A DNA stretch of 63,917 bases, the filler included, from Psammoneis japonica (taxonomy: Eukaryota): NCBI GenBank assembly GCA_008632985.1. It is 3 parts of 3 records of this genome, joined end to end, with 100 filler letters (N's around TTAATTAATTAA, not from the genome) between each part and the next. Parts side by side here need not be neighbours in the genome. Positions count along the whole stretch, not along the records: positions 26,305 to 52,199 come from QPGO01000424.1; 2 more parts are not named here. One strand, 5' to 3'. The notes beneath the pieces are model-generated. The model did no database searches. It was not told where the DNA came from and worked only from the letters and a program-made list of their open reading frames with translations. The translations under genes were made by a program, and so were the position numbers. Shown one piece after another: positions 38,446 through 51,099 of this stretch. Positions within the stretch are counted from its first letter, which is position 1; the number at the start of each line of letters is the position of its first letter.

Positions 38446-38989
38446 GCTTTCCATTAGTCGGAAGGAATTCCTAGCTATGGCACAGCTCAACCAAGCATTG
38501 CTAGTTTGTTTTCTGAAGTATAATTATTTAATTAATGAACGCAAAACCCCGTTAGCTCGGGCGCTAAAAGAAAGACGACAACGCGTAAACAACAGAGCAA
38601 AGTAGTCACTTTTTCTTGCGCTTATGTGAGCCGAATCTTCAACTAGTATGTGTCAGCATCTTCAGGCCTCCGGCCCTCAGGAGAGAAACGTGCAAACCTT
38701 ACTGTACAAGCAAGCAACGCAATCAAGCAATGCAATCTCTTTTGATTGATTGACTTTTGAGTTGTCTTTGGAGCACAACCAACTAATGCCGACCGCGTGA
38801 TTGAATTTGCATCGCGAGAAAGCGCCTGCTGCCGCCCGTTGGCTGCAGTCTGCACCTACTGTACCATTTACCGCACCATTGTGGGAGTTGTGAAACGCTG
38901 TACAGTACGCTGTTGTTGCTGAGCAAGAGCATTGAGAGTACCATCGAGGCCGCTAAGGTCGGTAATTCGTACGACTCAGAAATTTTAAA

Positions 38990-40783
38990 ATGGAGCGCGA
39001 CGACGATGAAGAAATGAGGGAAGACGACGACGAGTCGACGGTGGACGAATCGTACACCAGCATTCAGTCATTCGAAGAAGACGTATCCATGAACGAAAGC
39101 GATTATGAGCTAGAAGAGGGGATGAGTCCTGACGTTTTCAAGTCGCGTTTAGATCCAAGGGAACTTTCAGTAGAAGAGCTTCGCGGCCTCATCGAAAGGC
39201 ACGCTCAAGCCGGCACTGTCGGAAGACTCTTGACAGAAATCTGCCCGGATGAGGAGGACGACCATATGCGATGCCTAGTAGAGAACCGACCTTATGAGAT
39301 GGTCATATCACGCGGTACACCACTCCACTTCGCATGTATGGATCCGGATGGGGAGCGAGGACAACAGAAAATCGAGTTGATCTTGAAGACAGCTTCTGAG
39401 TTTTGTATCGACGCACGTTTCGTAATCACGGCCAAGATGAACGCACAGACATTTGAAAACGGATCATGGACGCAACCTCATGGTGGAGATGAACCCATTG
39501 CCTATCTTGTTTATAACAATGAGGCAACTGTCGAATCATTTCGCCTTATCTGCGAGGCCTGGCCACCCATCGTTCATAGGCGTGCCACGACGGAAAGAAG
39601 AGAGACGCCATTGCACCTGGTGTGTGATGTGCATATGATAGATTGGAACAAAACCAAGGGCGAAGATACCGTGGACAGTCGATTGAAAAGTCGGTTGCAG
39701 ATGCTTGATGTCGTTCTTTCCGTAGCGAGGGAGAGAACCAAGGAAGGCAGCACCCCTCTTGTTGTGGCGACGACGGATGTAGCGTCGGCATCAGAGTTCA
39801 AGGGAGCTTATGTAAAATTCGAAGATTATTGGGGCGAAAGGAACTCATTGTCACGGCCATACTGTCCAACGACGGCACTTCATACCATCACGCATGCAAT
39901 GCCCAGAGGTTATGGACCTCATCTCTTTATCAAGAAGCTTGTGCAAGAATGTCCCGAAGTTCTGAAGTATTGCCTCGAAAGTGCAGACTGCTGCACAGGG
40001 GCATCCGCTCCTTTCCACAACGTGTGCAGATTTTCGGAAGGCAACACTTCTTTTCTATCCCATGAACAAAGTGTCCTTTCTCTGCTTGCATTTTTTAGGC
40101 ATTCCACCCCGGAAGCCCTCGCTTTTGCGCTTCTTCAGGTTGATTCGGTTTATGGAAAGGCTGGATTTGAGCTTGCACAACAAGTGCTGAATCACGACAC
40201 AGCTGAACCATTTCAATTGGAATCTGAGAGGAAGGAAATCCTTGACCTCCTTGCTCGGAAGGCGGACGCTGACGGCAAAACGATTCTGCATCACGCAGCT
40301 GCGCAACCTACAAAACCCACAACGTGGCAAAGGATGCAAGAGAAGCGCAAACTCCTATGCAAAGCCTATTTGGAAGATGATGATTTCCTTGACGATGATG
40401 AGTATGAATTGGGTCGTGATTTGACAAGGGAAGAAAGGGTTGAGCTGTGTAGACGTCTTGTCGACCTCGAAAACGCGACCAAATCTAGGCTGACGCGGTT
40501 GTTTCAGTGGCTCCGATCCATTTCGGTTGATTCTCTAGCTGTCCCGAATAAGGCTGGCCTTACACCATTGGACAGCCTTCTTTCGAATGGTAAGACATGG
40601 TTCGGTGATGGTTTGGCAGAATACGTTCCCTTGTCTTCCCAGTGGCCTGCTTCCAAGAACACACACATTGGTCTCTATCCTTTCCAGATTGCAGCTACGG
40701 CCCCGAGAGCAGACCTGTCAACCATCTATGAGCTGCTACAGTATGCTCCAGAGTCGCTTCAAGAATACGTAAGAGAGGGTTGA
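38990..40783 (+). CDS. Divergent ankyrin-repeat-like protein with acidic N-terminus, 597 aa
   Basis: GTPLHFAC, ETPLHLVC, TTALHTI, GKTILHHAA, GLTPLD; C-terminal GLYPFQIAA...DLSTIYELL motif familiar from diatom ankyrin-like expansions. Confidence 0.8.
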   Translation: MERDDDEEMREDDDESTVDESYTSIQSFEEDVSMNESDYELEEGMSPDVFKSRLDPRELSVEELRGLIERHAQAGTVGRLLTEICPDEEDDHMRCLVENRPYEMVISRGTPLHFACMDPDGERGQQKIELILKTASEFCIDARFVITAKMNAQTFENGSWTQPHGGDEPIAYLVYNNEATVESFRLICEAWPPIVHRRATTERRETPLHLVCDVHMIDWNKTKGEDTVDSRLKSRLQMLDVVLSVARERTKEGSTPLVVATTDVASASEFKGAYVKFEDYWGERNSLSRPYCPTTALHTITHAMPRGYGPHLFIKKLVQECPEVLKYCLESADCCTGASAPFHNVCRFSEGNTSFLSHEQSVLSLLAFFRHSTPEALAFALLQVDSVYGKAGFELAQQVLNHDTAEPFQLESERKEILDLLARKADADGKTILHHAAAQPTKPTTWQRMQEKRKLLCKAYLEDDDFLDDDEYELGRDLTREERVELCRRLVDLENATKSRLTRLFQWLRSISVDSLAVPNKAGLTPLDSLLSNGKTWFGDGLAEYVPLSSQWPASKNTHIGLYPFQIAATAPRADLSTIYELLQYAPESLQEYVREG

Positions 40784-41499
40784 TTGAAACCAGGTAAAGT
40801 ATTTGTGATGCGGCACCTAGCTAGGCCTCAGATCTTCGCGCACGCTTCTTTAGCTTTGGAAGCAAGCGCGTCGTCGTCACGGTGTCACTCTGTGTCATGT
40901 GCCTGGTGCCGCCATGATTTGGGGTCATGACTCATGACGCCAGGGCAGCGGCATAGGTACCCTTGATGAAGTTTGTTGATTGTTTCTGTCATCCAAAGAG
41001 CCTTGCTTTTCGTGTTGACAAGCTCACTGATTAGTGACGTAATTATGTCCCTCTCGGATCGATTCATTCGGAAATGTGGCGCCGCGAAATTTTCAGCGCA
41101 TCACTGAAATTTTCGAACGCCACTCTAGAAACATGTACCAAAATGTTCATTCATCAGTCACGGAATTGTGTTGTAGTTGCCGTTGTATGAAAGAGCTGGC
41201 GCTTAGAGAAAATTTGAGGTTTGAAGCGTCAATGCTCAATTCTTTGCGGAAGTCTCATCATCAGACTCCAAGATGTTGCATTAGAGAGGAGTGCCTTGCT
41301 CCCAACGAAAATTTTGCTCATTCAAATCAAAGTTTCGTTTCAAGATATCATCAGACACCAAATAATTTCATTCAAAAAGCTTTGTCCGTTGGGATTGTTT
41401 CCAAGACTTCATTGACCTGCAAACGACTGCGTGTTTTAGACTCTCGGCTTTGAACCTCTCATATTCTCGACTTGAGCGAGGAAGCGAAGAAGAAGAAGC

Positions 41500-43419
41500 A
41501 TGGCAAAGACGTCTTATCCATTTGAGATCCGCGTAGCCCTGATTGGCTACGTGTCTGTTGGCAAGAGTACCGTCCTGAATGCTCTTTTGGGAGCAAAGTA
41601 CGGCGAAGTTTCCATGAGGCGCACGACGGCCGTGGTAAACAACTTTCGCATTTCTAGCCCTGTGCATGTCGTGTCCTTGGACGATGTCGAGACGGACTTC
41701 TCGTCCAGTAACAAGTCCCCGGACTGGCTACGCTTGCCGAAACGACCAAGGACAACGCGGAGTTTCGTACCATCGATCAAGTGAAGGAGAAGACCTACGA
41801 CGTTGTTCTTGATGAACCCTTATGCAAGATGCGGAAGGACACGAAACTCGTTCTTGTGGATATTCCTGGCATCAACGAGGCCGGTAGCAGCCGTCGTTAC
41901 AGGGAATACGTCAAGCAGGCCTGGCATACGTTTGACGTGGCCGTTGTTGTAATGGATGGAGGTCAAGGCGTGAACACGGAGGAGCAAGTTGATTTGCTCA
42001 AGCTCGTGAAAGATCTCTGTGCCAAGAGCAAGAAAGTACCGATCATTATTCTTTGCAACAAGGTAGACGACCCCGACGATGGCGAGCATCAAGTGCTTGT
42101 AGGTGAAGCACGCCATGCCGTGGAGCAGATCTTCGGTGTTCCGGATCGAGCCAAAGCCCTACAAGATTTGAAGGAAGCTGCAGGTGGTGGCGCCAAGGGA
42201 GGCAGCGGGTCTGACCGCTCTTTGATGCCTGCATTTGTTCCGGTTTCAGCCATGCATGCTTTTATCTACCGCTGTGGATCTCGGCTTACTTACGAAGAGT
42301 TCCTAGCGATGGACGGTGACTTCATCGAGAAGCTTGGGAAAGAGAGCTATGGACTACAGTGGCGACGCTTCAATAAAGAGCGCAAACTGGAAAAGGCGTT
42401 TGAATCCGTAAACAATACAGATCAGTGTCGTGATGGGGTGGAAGCCAGTCACTTTGACACCTTTCTGGAAGTACTCTCGTTCTGCGTTGGAAATGACGAG
42501 AATCAACGCAAGTTGATTAAGGAGCACTTCTACGTGTCCTTGGACCGACTTGCGAAAAATCCCCATGATTTTGATGTAGTCACCGAGTTGACCGGTGTCT
42601 ACAACAGGTCACGTGGGATCGGTTTGAGAGCAGTACATACAAGTAAATGTTTGTTTCTGGAGGGCTTATAAACTCATCGAGACAAAAGCATTTGAGAAGT
42701 TTGTCCAGTCCAAAAAGCCTGACGCGCTTGCGAAACCGATCCGCCTCCTATCCGAGTACGCTGAACTTCTTAGGGCGACTGAGTGGGGTGGACAAACCAT
42801 GATTATGTCGAAAGCAAAAGACCTGGTACTTCGACAGGCGGGTGTCGTTATGGACAGAGACAGTTTTGGCGGGATGTCGGCGCAGGATCAGTTCTTGATG
42901 TTTGGATCAATGGTGCTCTTCACGAACAACTCTTACTTCTCAGAAAACTTTGGGAAATTAAAGTTGTGCCTAGATGCGAGGTACATGGAGGCACAGGGTG
43001 CACAATTGTGTGGTGAGCAAGACACGTGTCAAAAGTGCAAAGGAAATACTTACAATCAATATGGGGCGGATTATTGCTCTAAATGTGGCATTTATTGGAT
43101 CGACAGGAATGTTGTGCATTGTCGGAATTGTTCGCAACGGGGTTCTCCGAATCGTAGGTTGCAGGACCAAATTGGCTCCCGCCTTATCAAGAAGTGCAAC
43201 AAGAAAAGAGGTTGTAGTTTCACTTTTCACGTGCGAACGAATTATCTGTACGACCTCAAATACGTGGACGGAGAATTAGTCCCCGCTGACCCAACCGCGT
43301 CTCAGAAGAACACAAAGGTGAAAGTGCCTGATACACCATCGGACCCAAGACACTTTGGTCACTTGATCTGGAGTTGCTGCAGGTTGGCAGAAAAGATCGG
43401 TGTTGATGTATGCGAGTAA
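41500..43419 (+). CDS. Second paralogue of the dynamin-like GTPase; frameshifts near 41720 and 42630-42800 (sequencing error or pseudogene)
   Basis: FEIRVALIGYVSVGKST, DIPG, NKVD and PSDPRHFGHLIWSCC are collinear with 36589-38445 across three ORF pieces. Confidence 0.82.
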
Positions 43420-43601
43420 AACAAATTTTAAAGCCAGGATTGAAACGAATCTGAGTGGGTGTGGACAGTTTTGCTGGAAGCAGCTCGAATAATAGATAAT
43501 AGTGGTACTGCTTGCATTTTAAATTCTAACGAATCGTTAACGACGCCATTGAGTCAGAGTTTTAGACGTGTGACAATCAATTACTTTCTCACATTTCTTC
43601 T

Positions 43602-45994
43602 TTAGACAATCTCAAGAACTTTTGCGGCCACCACGGCTCCCACGGCAACACCCACAGCCACATATGGCTTAGCTACCCGGGCAAAATAAATGAGGACACT
43701 AGCCTCTCCAATGCTATCCACTTCGTAGGCACATCTCCAAGCTCCGCCGTTAAATGAACCAAACTGAAAGAGCTGGTTGGGATTGGCTAGCTTCGTCTTG
43801 GGGTTGCCGGCACTGGACGGGTTGCTGAGATCTGACAAGAGAATGGCCGACATGACGGCATTGGATGTTTTCGGTTCAAAGATTTCATAGGGTTTAAAGT
43901 AGGGCATACCCTCGTAGGCCCACGCAAAGGTACGGTTGTGAACCACCGACACGGTCGACGTGGCGGGAGCAATGTTGGAGGAAACAATGCATCCCTTGCT
44001 TCGGGCGACAACAGCACGCCAATGCTGCATGCGCTTGGCAAGAGCATAGTTGGGACCCTGAGCGACACTAATGCCATTAACCAAGTAAAATGGACCACCC
44101 TCTCCTTGGACGGGATCTCGTGCGTTCTTTCGAAGAAACTTGCCGCGGCTCAGCATCTTCATCACGACGCAAAACAGCTTCTTGCTGTAGGCCTTGTACT
44201 GCACCAAACTCGCCTCGTGAGCTTCCTTGGTGATGAGATGAAGATCGGTCGGCGTACAGAGATAGGCAAGCGAAGTGCCCTTGCGCTTTTCACTCAAATC
44301 TCTGCAAATGGCATCCATGGCAAGCGACACTTGTACGTGCAACGCTCCGTCCAAATAGGCATAGCATCCCACCGTAAAGGGTTTGCCGGGATACAAATTC
44401 AACAACCAATCGCGAATCAAAGGAGTTTCCGTAAAGAGATTGCATCCACTTGCGGCAAAGAGGGCCTCGTCGTCGGCGCAGCTCGACTGTTCCACCTTCA
44501 TGGGAAAGGTGAGCGTTCCAGAGGACTCTCTTGCGATACCAATCAAGCGTTTCCAAATTCCAGGACGGTCCAAATCGATCGCCACGACATTGGCGCCCAA
44601 TGCCATGAGAACCAAGAAGGGTCCCATGGCGGATCCGGCACCCAACAAGACAAAATAACGATCCGACAAATCCAAATACTTTTTCGGGTCGTCGATGCAG
44701 TTGTTAATGGCTTCTCCCGCCGATGGTTCGATCGTACCATAGTCGACCCACTTTTTCACTTGTTCCTTGAGGGCATTACCCGACAAGGTCGATCCCTTGT
44801 AGGGCACTTGTAAAACCTTATTTGCATCGGGCTTTTTCGTTCCCTTGACGGATCCCGTGAAGAACTTGGTGGAGTTCTTGGCCTTCATGGCATCTTCAAA
44901 GCTTACAGACGATCCGTCGGCAGCCACAAATTGAAACAATTCATACGCCTTGGCGAGTCCGGCTTGCGCCACTTGGAGCGCTGCCTTTTCGGATTGACAC
45001 TGCTCTTCGACCATGCCCACCAAATGCTTGACATACCCAAATCGCCAATTGCGCAACGACTCAATCGTTTGAGCCTTTTCGGGACTCACGGCACCCACGG
45101 CTGCCGCCAAGATGGACTTGGCGGTTGGTGTGGAACTGCGCACATCCTTGTCACCCGTAATGGGCCAAACAAGTCCACGGGGTGGAGGAGGCTTTTTGGC
45201 AAATCGCTTTTTAAACGCGCTCTTGCGGTTTTTCGCCATGTTGGTAATCATAAACGGCGAACCAACGGCATAGACCGCGGGGAGGAACTTGCTAAAGATA
45301 AATGGCAAAATCACCTCTCCGAACCGTTCCATAAAGGCGGCATCCTTGGCGGCCGTCAAGAATACAGTGAGTTCACCGGTAATTCCCGTGGGATACAAGA
45401 CGGCAAAGAGTGAATAGCGACACCAAAACAAGGGATAGGGTGTGCCCTTGGTCGCGTCTCCTGTCAGAATGGCCATGACGTAAAAAGCATACCGCGGCAC
45501 TTCCACGAGGGACCACGACAAAATCATAACACCGGCGCCCCATTGAGCTGAACAAGAAAAAAGTGACGAACAGAACACAAAATGAGTGATTCTCCAACAT
45601 GAAAATTTTAATAACACAATGATGATCACACATTATAATTATTATACGTACTCTGCGCATCCGGCGAGTAGACAATCGCAAAGAGTGCCGCAATACGAGA
45701 ACCAACTTGCATGAACGTCACAACGACGGGACTCCGAACGAGCCCGAGAGCGGCATGAACAATTTCCAAAAGTGCTGCCGATTGAACGTAGGTCAGGTAC
45801 GTGCTTAGCGCTCCAGCCGCATAAACAGACGACAAGGCATTCTTGATCGTGTCCAATAACGTGGATGCTTCGTCGTTTTCTGCATTAACAACCGAGTTGA
45901 AAACGTGCGTGACGGCCAAGGACAAGACCATGGCCCAACCTGCACAACAAAGGAGATTGTACAGAATCAGGTACGCATCCTTGGGACCAGCCAT
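43602..45994 (-). CDS. Very-long-chain 3-hydroxyacyl-CoA dehydratase (HACD/PTPLA/PHS1 family) fused to a large Rossmann/SDR-like domain; exons 45994-45652 and 45547-43602 (~762 aa)
   Basis: YLILYN, LEIVHAALGLVRS, QVGSR, WSLVEVPRY and RYSLFAVLYPTGITGE (catalytic Y/E); a GT-AG intron at 45651-45548 restores the frame (DAQ-T-QWGAG); C-domain LLGAGSAMGP and GPNYALAK; hydrophobic C-tail. Confidence 0.9.
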
Positions 45995-46474
45995 CTTTAT
46001 AATACTATAGACTGTTCTTGTTGAAATATCACTTTCTCTCTCTTGCGAACTTGGATGGATGGGAATTCAAACCGGTCAACAACAAGCAATGCTGTTCCAA
46101 CAACAAGTGACGTTGTTGTGGTGAGCCGTTTTGGTCAGCGAAATAGGATCGCGGCTCAACTTTTTTGAGTTTTTGGGCGGGAAACGCTCGTGGAGAGATT
46201 TGATTGGTTCATCTACGTCAGCTTAAACTTTTAGTCTGTCCGTCCCATCTTTTTTCTGGTCGTCCACACCGCATAATTTCTGCTCGTAGAATATCAGTAT
46301 TCTCCTACGTACGTAGTCTCCAGTAGAACTTTCAGTAGAAAAAACGCGGGAAAGCATTATTTGATGGATGCGACCACACATCTTCTCTGTCATCACTGAC
46401 AACGAAGCCCTTCTCATTTCATGTTGTTGTCGTTGTCGTTGCTGTAAATATATAGAAGAAAAAAGACAACAACG
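45995..46474. promoter_or_regulatory. Putative bidirectional promoter between the divergent HACD-fusion and ThiO genes
   Basis: 480-bp head-to-head intergenic region; gattgg (reverse CCAAT) at ~46202; function inferred from layout only. Confidence 0.45.
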
Positions 46475-49416
46475 ATGGAACTCAACTATGCCTTTATAAT
46501 TGCGCTACTGCTTGCTGCTTCTTGGGAATTTGTCGCAGCCTTTGGGACTCCGGCGTTTGTGTCAACGACAAGAAGTAAAAGCTACCGGAGCACCCACAAC
46601 AGCGGGTTGATTCTACTACTAGACTGTATGCAGACAAGAAACAAAATGAAGATACGTCGTCGCTATCCATAAACAAAAAGTCACCACAAGACGACTCGTC
46701 ACCCAAATTGGTGGCCAAACCCAATCATCAAACCAAGGATATTGTCATTATTGGTGGTGGTCTTGCTGGATTGTCGGTAGCCTTGTATGTTTCACAAATG
46801 GCACCGGACCGTCACGTGACGATTTTGGAGAGAGAAGATCTGCAGAAGGAAACAACAACCGTAGCCAGCATGGCTGCAGCCGGCATGTTGGCACCCCAAT
46901 CCGAACGTCTTCCCAAGGGACCGCTCTTGGATTTGTGCTTGGCCAGTCGACGACTCTATCCCGACTTTTGCAATCTCGTGGAAACACTCGCGTCTCAAGA
47001 CGAAGTGAGCGATTATCTCATTCGTAATGATGACGAAAGCAGTGAAAAGTTAAAACCACATTCGGTCGGGTACGTGGCAAGTGGTGGATTTTTGGCACCC
47101 GCCTTTGCGGGGGATTCCGTCGCCACGTGGGCCCCACCGGACGATGCGGGAACGGCAACATGGTTGGATGCGACGCAAGTACGAGAATTGGAACCCAATT
47201 TACATCCCAAGGTCGTGGGTGGATGGTGGTTTCCCGAGGATGCCAGTGTCGATTCCCGACGACTCACGCACAGTTTACGTGCCGCCTGTGTTGCGGCCGG
47301 TGTGCAACTCTCGACGGGATCCCATTACGAAGTGTCATCACTCGATTTGGAGGACGGCAAATGCCGTGGATTGTGGCTCAAAAGTGGAAAGTACATTTCG
47401 GCCAAGAGTGTCTTGGTCGCCAACGGCGCATGGATGAGAACACTGTTGCCCGTTCCGATTGAACCACATAAAGGCCAATCGCTCAGTCTTCGCATGCCAC
47501 CCAATCAACCGCCGTTGTTGCGTCGTGTCTTGTTTGCACAAGATTCATACATTGTCCCCAAGGCCGATGGACGCATTGTTGTGGGTGCCACGGTCGAGGC
47601 GGGATCGTTTGATCCACACGTCACGCCGGCCGGACTCTTGCACATTTTGGGACATGCCCTGGAGTTGGTGCCGGGATTGGCCGATTTGCCCATGGAGGAA
47701 ACGTGGGTGGGATTACGACCCACCACACCCGATAAGGGACCCATTTTGGGAAAATCGCCGTGGGAAAATCTCTACTTGGCAGGTGGGTATTGGAGAAACG
47801 GAGTCTTGTTGGCACCCAAAACGGGACAACTGCTGGCGGCGCTCTTGGCTGATTTGGAATTGAACAGTGACGATGTGGACTTGTTGGATGCCTTTTCTTG
47901 GGATCGCTTCACGTCGGCCGAGGGTGGCAAGGCGTTGGCTGCCAGTGCCCGGTACGCCGCGTCGATGCATCCTATTCATCAACGCACCACGGGTGTCGGC
48001 GTGGCCGCGTCGGTTGGGACCGAATTGGGTGTCTATTCCGATGCCACCTCGGCGGCGCAAGAACGAGAACAAGATCGAAAAGCACTGTGGGATACGGATG
48101 GAACTGAGGATGATGCCTTTGAACGTGCGGCACAAATGGGCAAATCCGATTTTGATGCCTTTATCTTTGATGAGGACGACGATAACGATACTCCGACTGC
48201 AGAACCCCAAAAGAAGAAGAAAGAATACGTGGCTTCACTCAATCCAGCCGTAACAACACCTTTTGAGGGATCTGCCGATGCCATTACTGTGCATGGGTAC
48301 AGTGAGACGGAACAACAACCGCAGAAGGAAAGCACCATTCCGCCCAAGATTAATGGCGAAGGAGATTCCATTCTGGATGGGTATCAAGCCATTCAGGGTG
48401 ATGCGGAAGCCGCCCGTAAGGCGCGCCAAGCGGCACGATCCGGAATGACGAGTGTTGGTGATGATGATGATACGAGCAAGGATGCAGAAATAATGGAGGA
48501 CGATGATGAATTTTGGCCCAGCAGTGACGCCCAGTACACAACAGAGTCGTCGTCTGCGATTGATGAGACGGAATCAAAGCAAAACGAAAAACAAAAAGAA
48601 CCACAGCCTTCTAAAGACTTGTCCGAGATCTACGGTCAGATCAAGAAAAACAAACAAGAAAAGCCAGAAATGTCGGAATCCGATACTGCCGAGAGACCTG
48701 ATCCTGGTTTTCGAATCTACAGGGTGGATGAAGAAACGGGCAAGAGTTATGAGGTGCCCCCCTACACGACACCCCAGGAAATGACGGAACTCATTGCCAA
48801 AATGAAGCAGGATCGAGAAAAAGACGAGGCAGCTAGCACGGAACAACCTCTGAAGAAGAGTAGTAGTACGGAAGAATCCGAAAGAACGGAGGAGTCTTTT
48901 GAATCGAAACAAGACGAGTCAAAAGATACACAGTCGTCGGAATTGTCGGAGGTTTACAACCAAATAAAGAAAAACAAGCAACAACAGCAACCACTGGAAA
49001 TGTCAGAATCCAATTCCGAAGCGAGACCCGATCCTGGTTTTCGAATTTACAGAGTGGATGAAGAAACGGGCAAGAGTTATGAAGTTCCTCCCTACACGAC
49101 ACCCCAGGAAATGACGGAACTCATTGCCAAAACGAAGCAGGATGAAACAGAAGAAACAACGACGACGGAGGCTTTGGAGAGCAGTGAGGAAGAGTCGTTG
49201 GAAAGAAAGGATACACCACAAGCACCACCATCCACACAAGAAGAAGAGTACAATGAACAAACCTTTGACGGTTATACAGCCATTCAACAAGCCAACGCTC
49301 GAGCAAGCAGAGAGGAGGAATTGCAAGCCATGAAGGATGCAAGAAAGAAGAACCGCATGTCCGCGTCCGAGATTAAAATGGAGGATATTGGTGCTCAACG
49401 AGAACAACAGACATAG
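46475..49416 (+). CDS. thiO: Glycine oxidase ThiO-like FAD-dependent oxidoreductase with probable bipartite plastid presequence and long acidic C-terminal extension; 1-bp frameshift near 46590
   Basis: Signal peptide ending ...FVAA|FGTP (ASAF-like); DIVIIGGGLAG, AAAGMLAP, YIVPK.DGRIVVGATVE, WVGLRP.TPD.GPILG and GYWRNGVLLAP. Confidence 0.85.
48616..49131 (+). repeat. Intragenic duplication of a ~62-aa module (48616-48801 and 48940-49131)
   Basis: LSE(I/V)Y.QIKKNKQ...EMSES...RPDPGFRIYRVDEETGKSYEVPPYTTPQEMTELIAK occurs twice. Confidence 0.93.
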
Positions 49417-49670
49417 TAGAACAATAAACCTACAGTAAAGAAATCAAATGGCTACAGACAGTACAAATCAATCGTTGTTGTTGCGTTCCCTCCAGAGTCG
49501 TTGTAGATACCAAAGTCGCCAAATAACCATTCAGGCAAGACTGTAAACCGCAAAAAGCAACTAGAAAACAGAACCGCCTCAACAGAACAGCAATCGAAAC
49601 TTAGAGAGTTGCTATAGGAATAACAATTGTACAGCAGTAGGTGTTTCCAATCCTAGTATTTCTACTATTC

Positions 49671-50866
49671 TTACACATAGTTACTGCTTCCCAATAAATC
49701 ATCCAAATCACTGTCTGGATGATCCGTGTTGTTTTGTTGTTCCGGTGGAATTGTTCCTCCCATTTTGACCAAGAGTTTCTCCATCCGATCCATCACCTCT
49801 TTGAGACCCGGCCGCTTCGCTCGATCCTTGGTGAGCATCCATTCGATTAACTCAAACAAATCGTCACTGCACCACGAGTATAGATCGGAACTGGGATTGG
49901 GTCTCGGAATGTTTCCTAGAATTCGCAACGATCCACAATCGACAATGCAAATTCCGGCATTGGATCGAAACTCCACTTCAAACGGCGATGCTCCATAGAG
50001 AATGGCAAAGAGGGTACATCCCAAGGACCACACATCCACCTTGGTATAATCCACAGGCTCATCTCCCACCCGAAGGGATCCCTCCAAGAGTTCTGGTGGA
50101 CGGTAGGGAAGCGTGGTGTGTTGCGCCGCCTCGTCGGCGATACTTAATACGTTGCGTCGATTTTCCAAAGGTTGCGACAACAAGGGCCCGGCAGACCCAA
50201 AATCCATGAGAACCGGTGTAGCTTCTTTATCGAGCAAGACATTGTCCACCTTGACATCGCGGTGTGAATAATTGCAAGAATGTAAAGCATGCAATCCGCG
50301 AGCAATGCCTAGACCGAGTTGCAAAGACCGAATTTGCGAAAAGGGGCGCAATTGTTGTTGAGGTTGATTTGTCAAGACACGCCGATTCAATTCTTGTCGC
50401 AACGAGTGTGGCATGTAGGGAAAGAGCATATAGCACGTGCGTGATTGTGACGTGGAATTAGAATCAATTTGATTCCCAAGAGTGGCATGGCATTTTCGTG
50501 TCGAACTGCACGATGAATGGCTGCTTCCTTTTCGGCTTCTCGCAACAATTCATCATCGACACAATTCATGCGCTTGACGGCGTATAATTTTTTTTGCGAG
50601 TCGGTAGCTTCAAAGACATAGGAAAAGCCTCCCTCGGCAATTTGATTTCCCAACTTGACGGAAATTTTGGAATCAAACACAAGTGTTGGTTTGGGAAATA
50701 GGAGATTGGAAATCCATGCAATCAACCACGACACGAGCGATTTCAACAGAGTGACCAATCGCAACAAGAATCGTTCGGCAGACGGATCTGCCATGATGGT
50801 GGGTTCGTCGTCGTTTACAGTCGCAGCAATGGATGATAAAGGAGAGGAAGAACGGCGTTGTCGCAT
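49671..50866 (-). CDS. Ser/Thr kinase, NAK family (STK16/MPSK1-like); 1-bp frameshift near 50470; true start may be the ATG near 50795
   Basis: IAEGGFSYVF, YAVKRM, HRDVKVDN, LMDFGS, TTLPYRPPEL, DVWSLGCTLF; adding one T in ATCAAATTGAT joins the two ORFs. Confidence 0.88.
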
Positions 50867-51099
50867 TCAAATAATAGAGAGAGATTAACAATAACAGCAG
50901 TCATAGAACAAAGGTGCGTTGCATGGAGGAGTTTTGAAGTTTGTCGAAGTCTCGATTTTTATTTGTCGGCAGGTCATTCTGTCAGTCCTGCACAGACAAC
51001 ACGATGAATCGTGATGAAGAGATCCAAGGGAACTATCTCAGAAGTCACAAAGCCAAACCTACAATGATCCGTCCGTTTGTCCTGACAAGTTTGAAAGTG

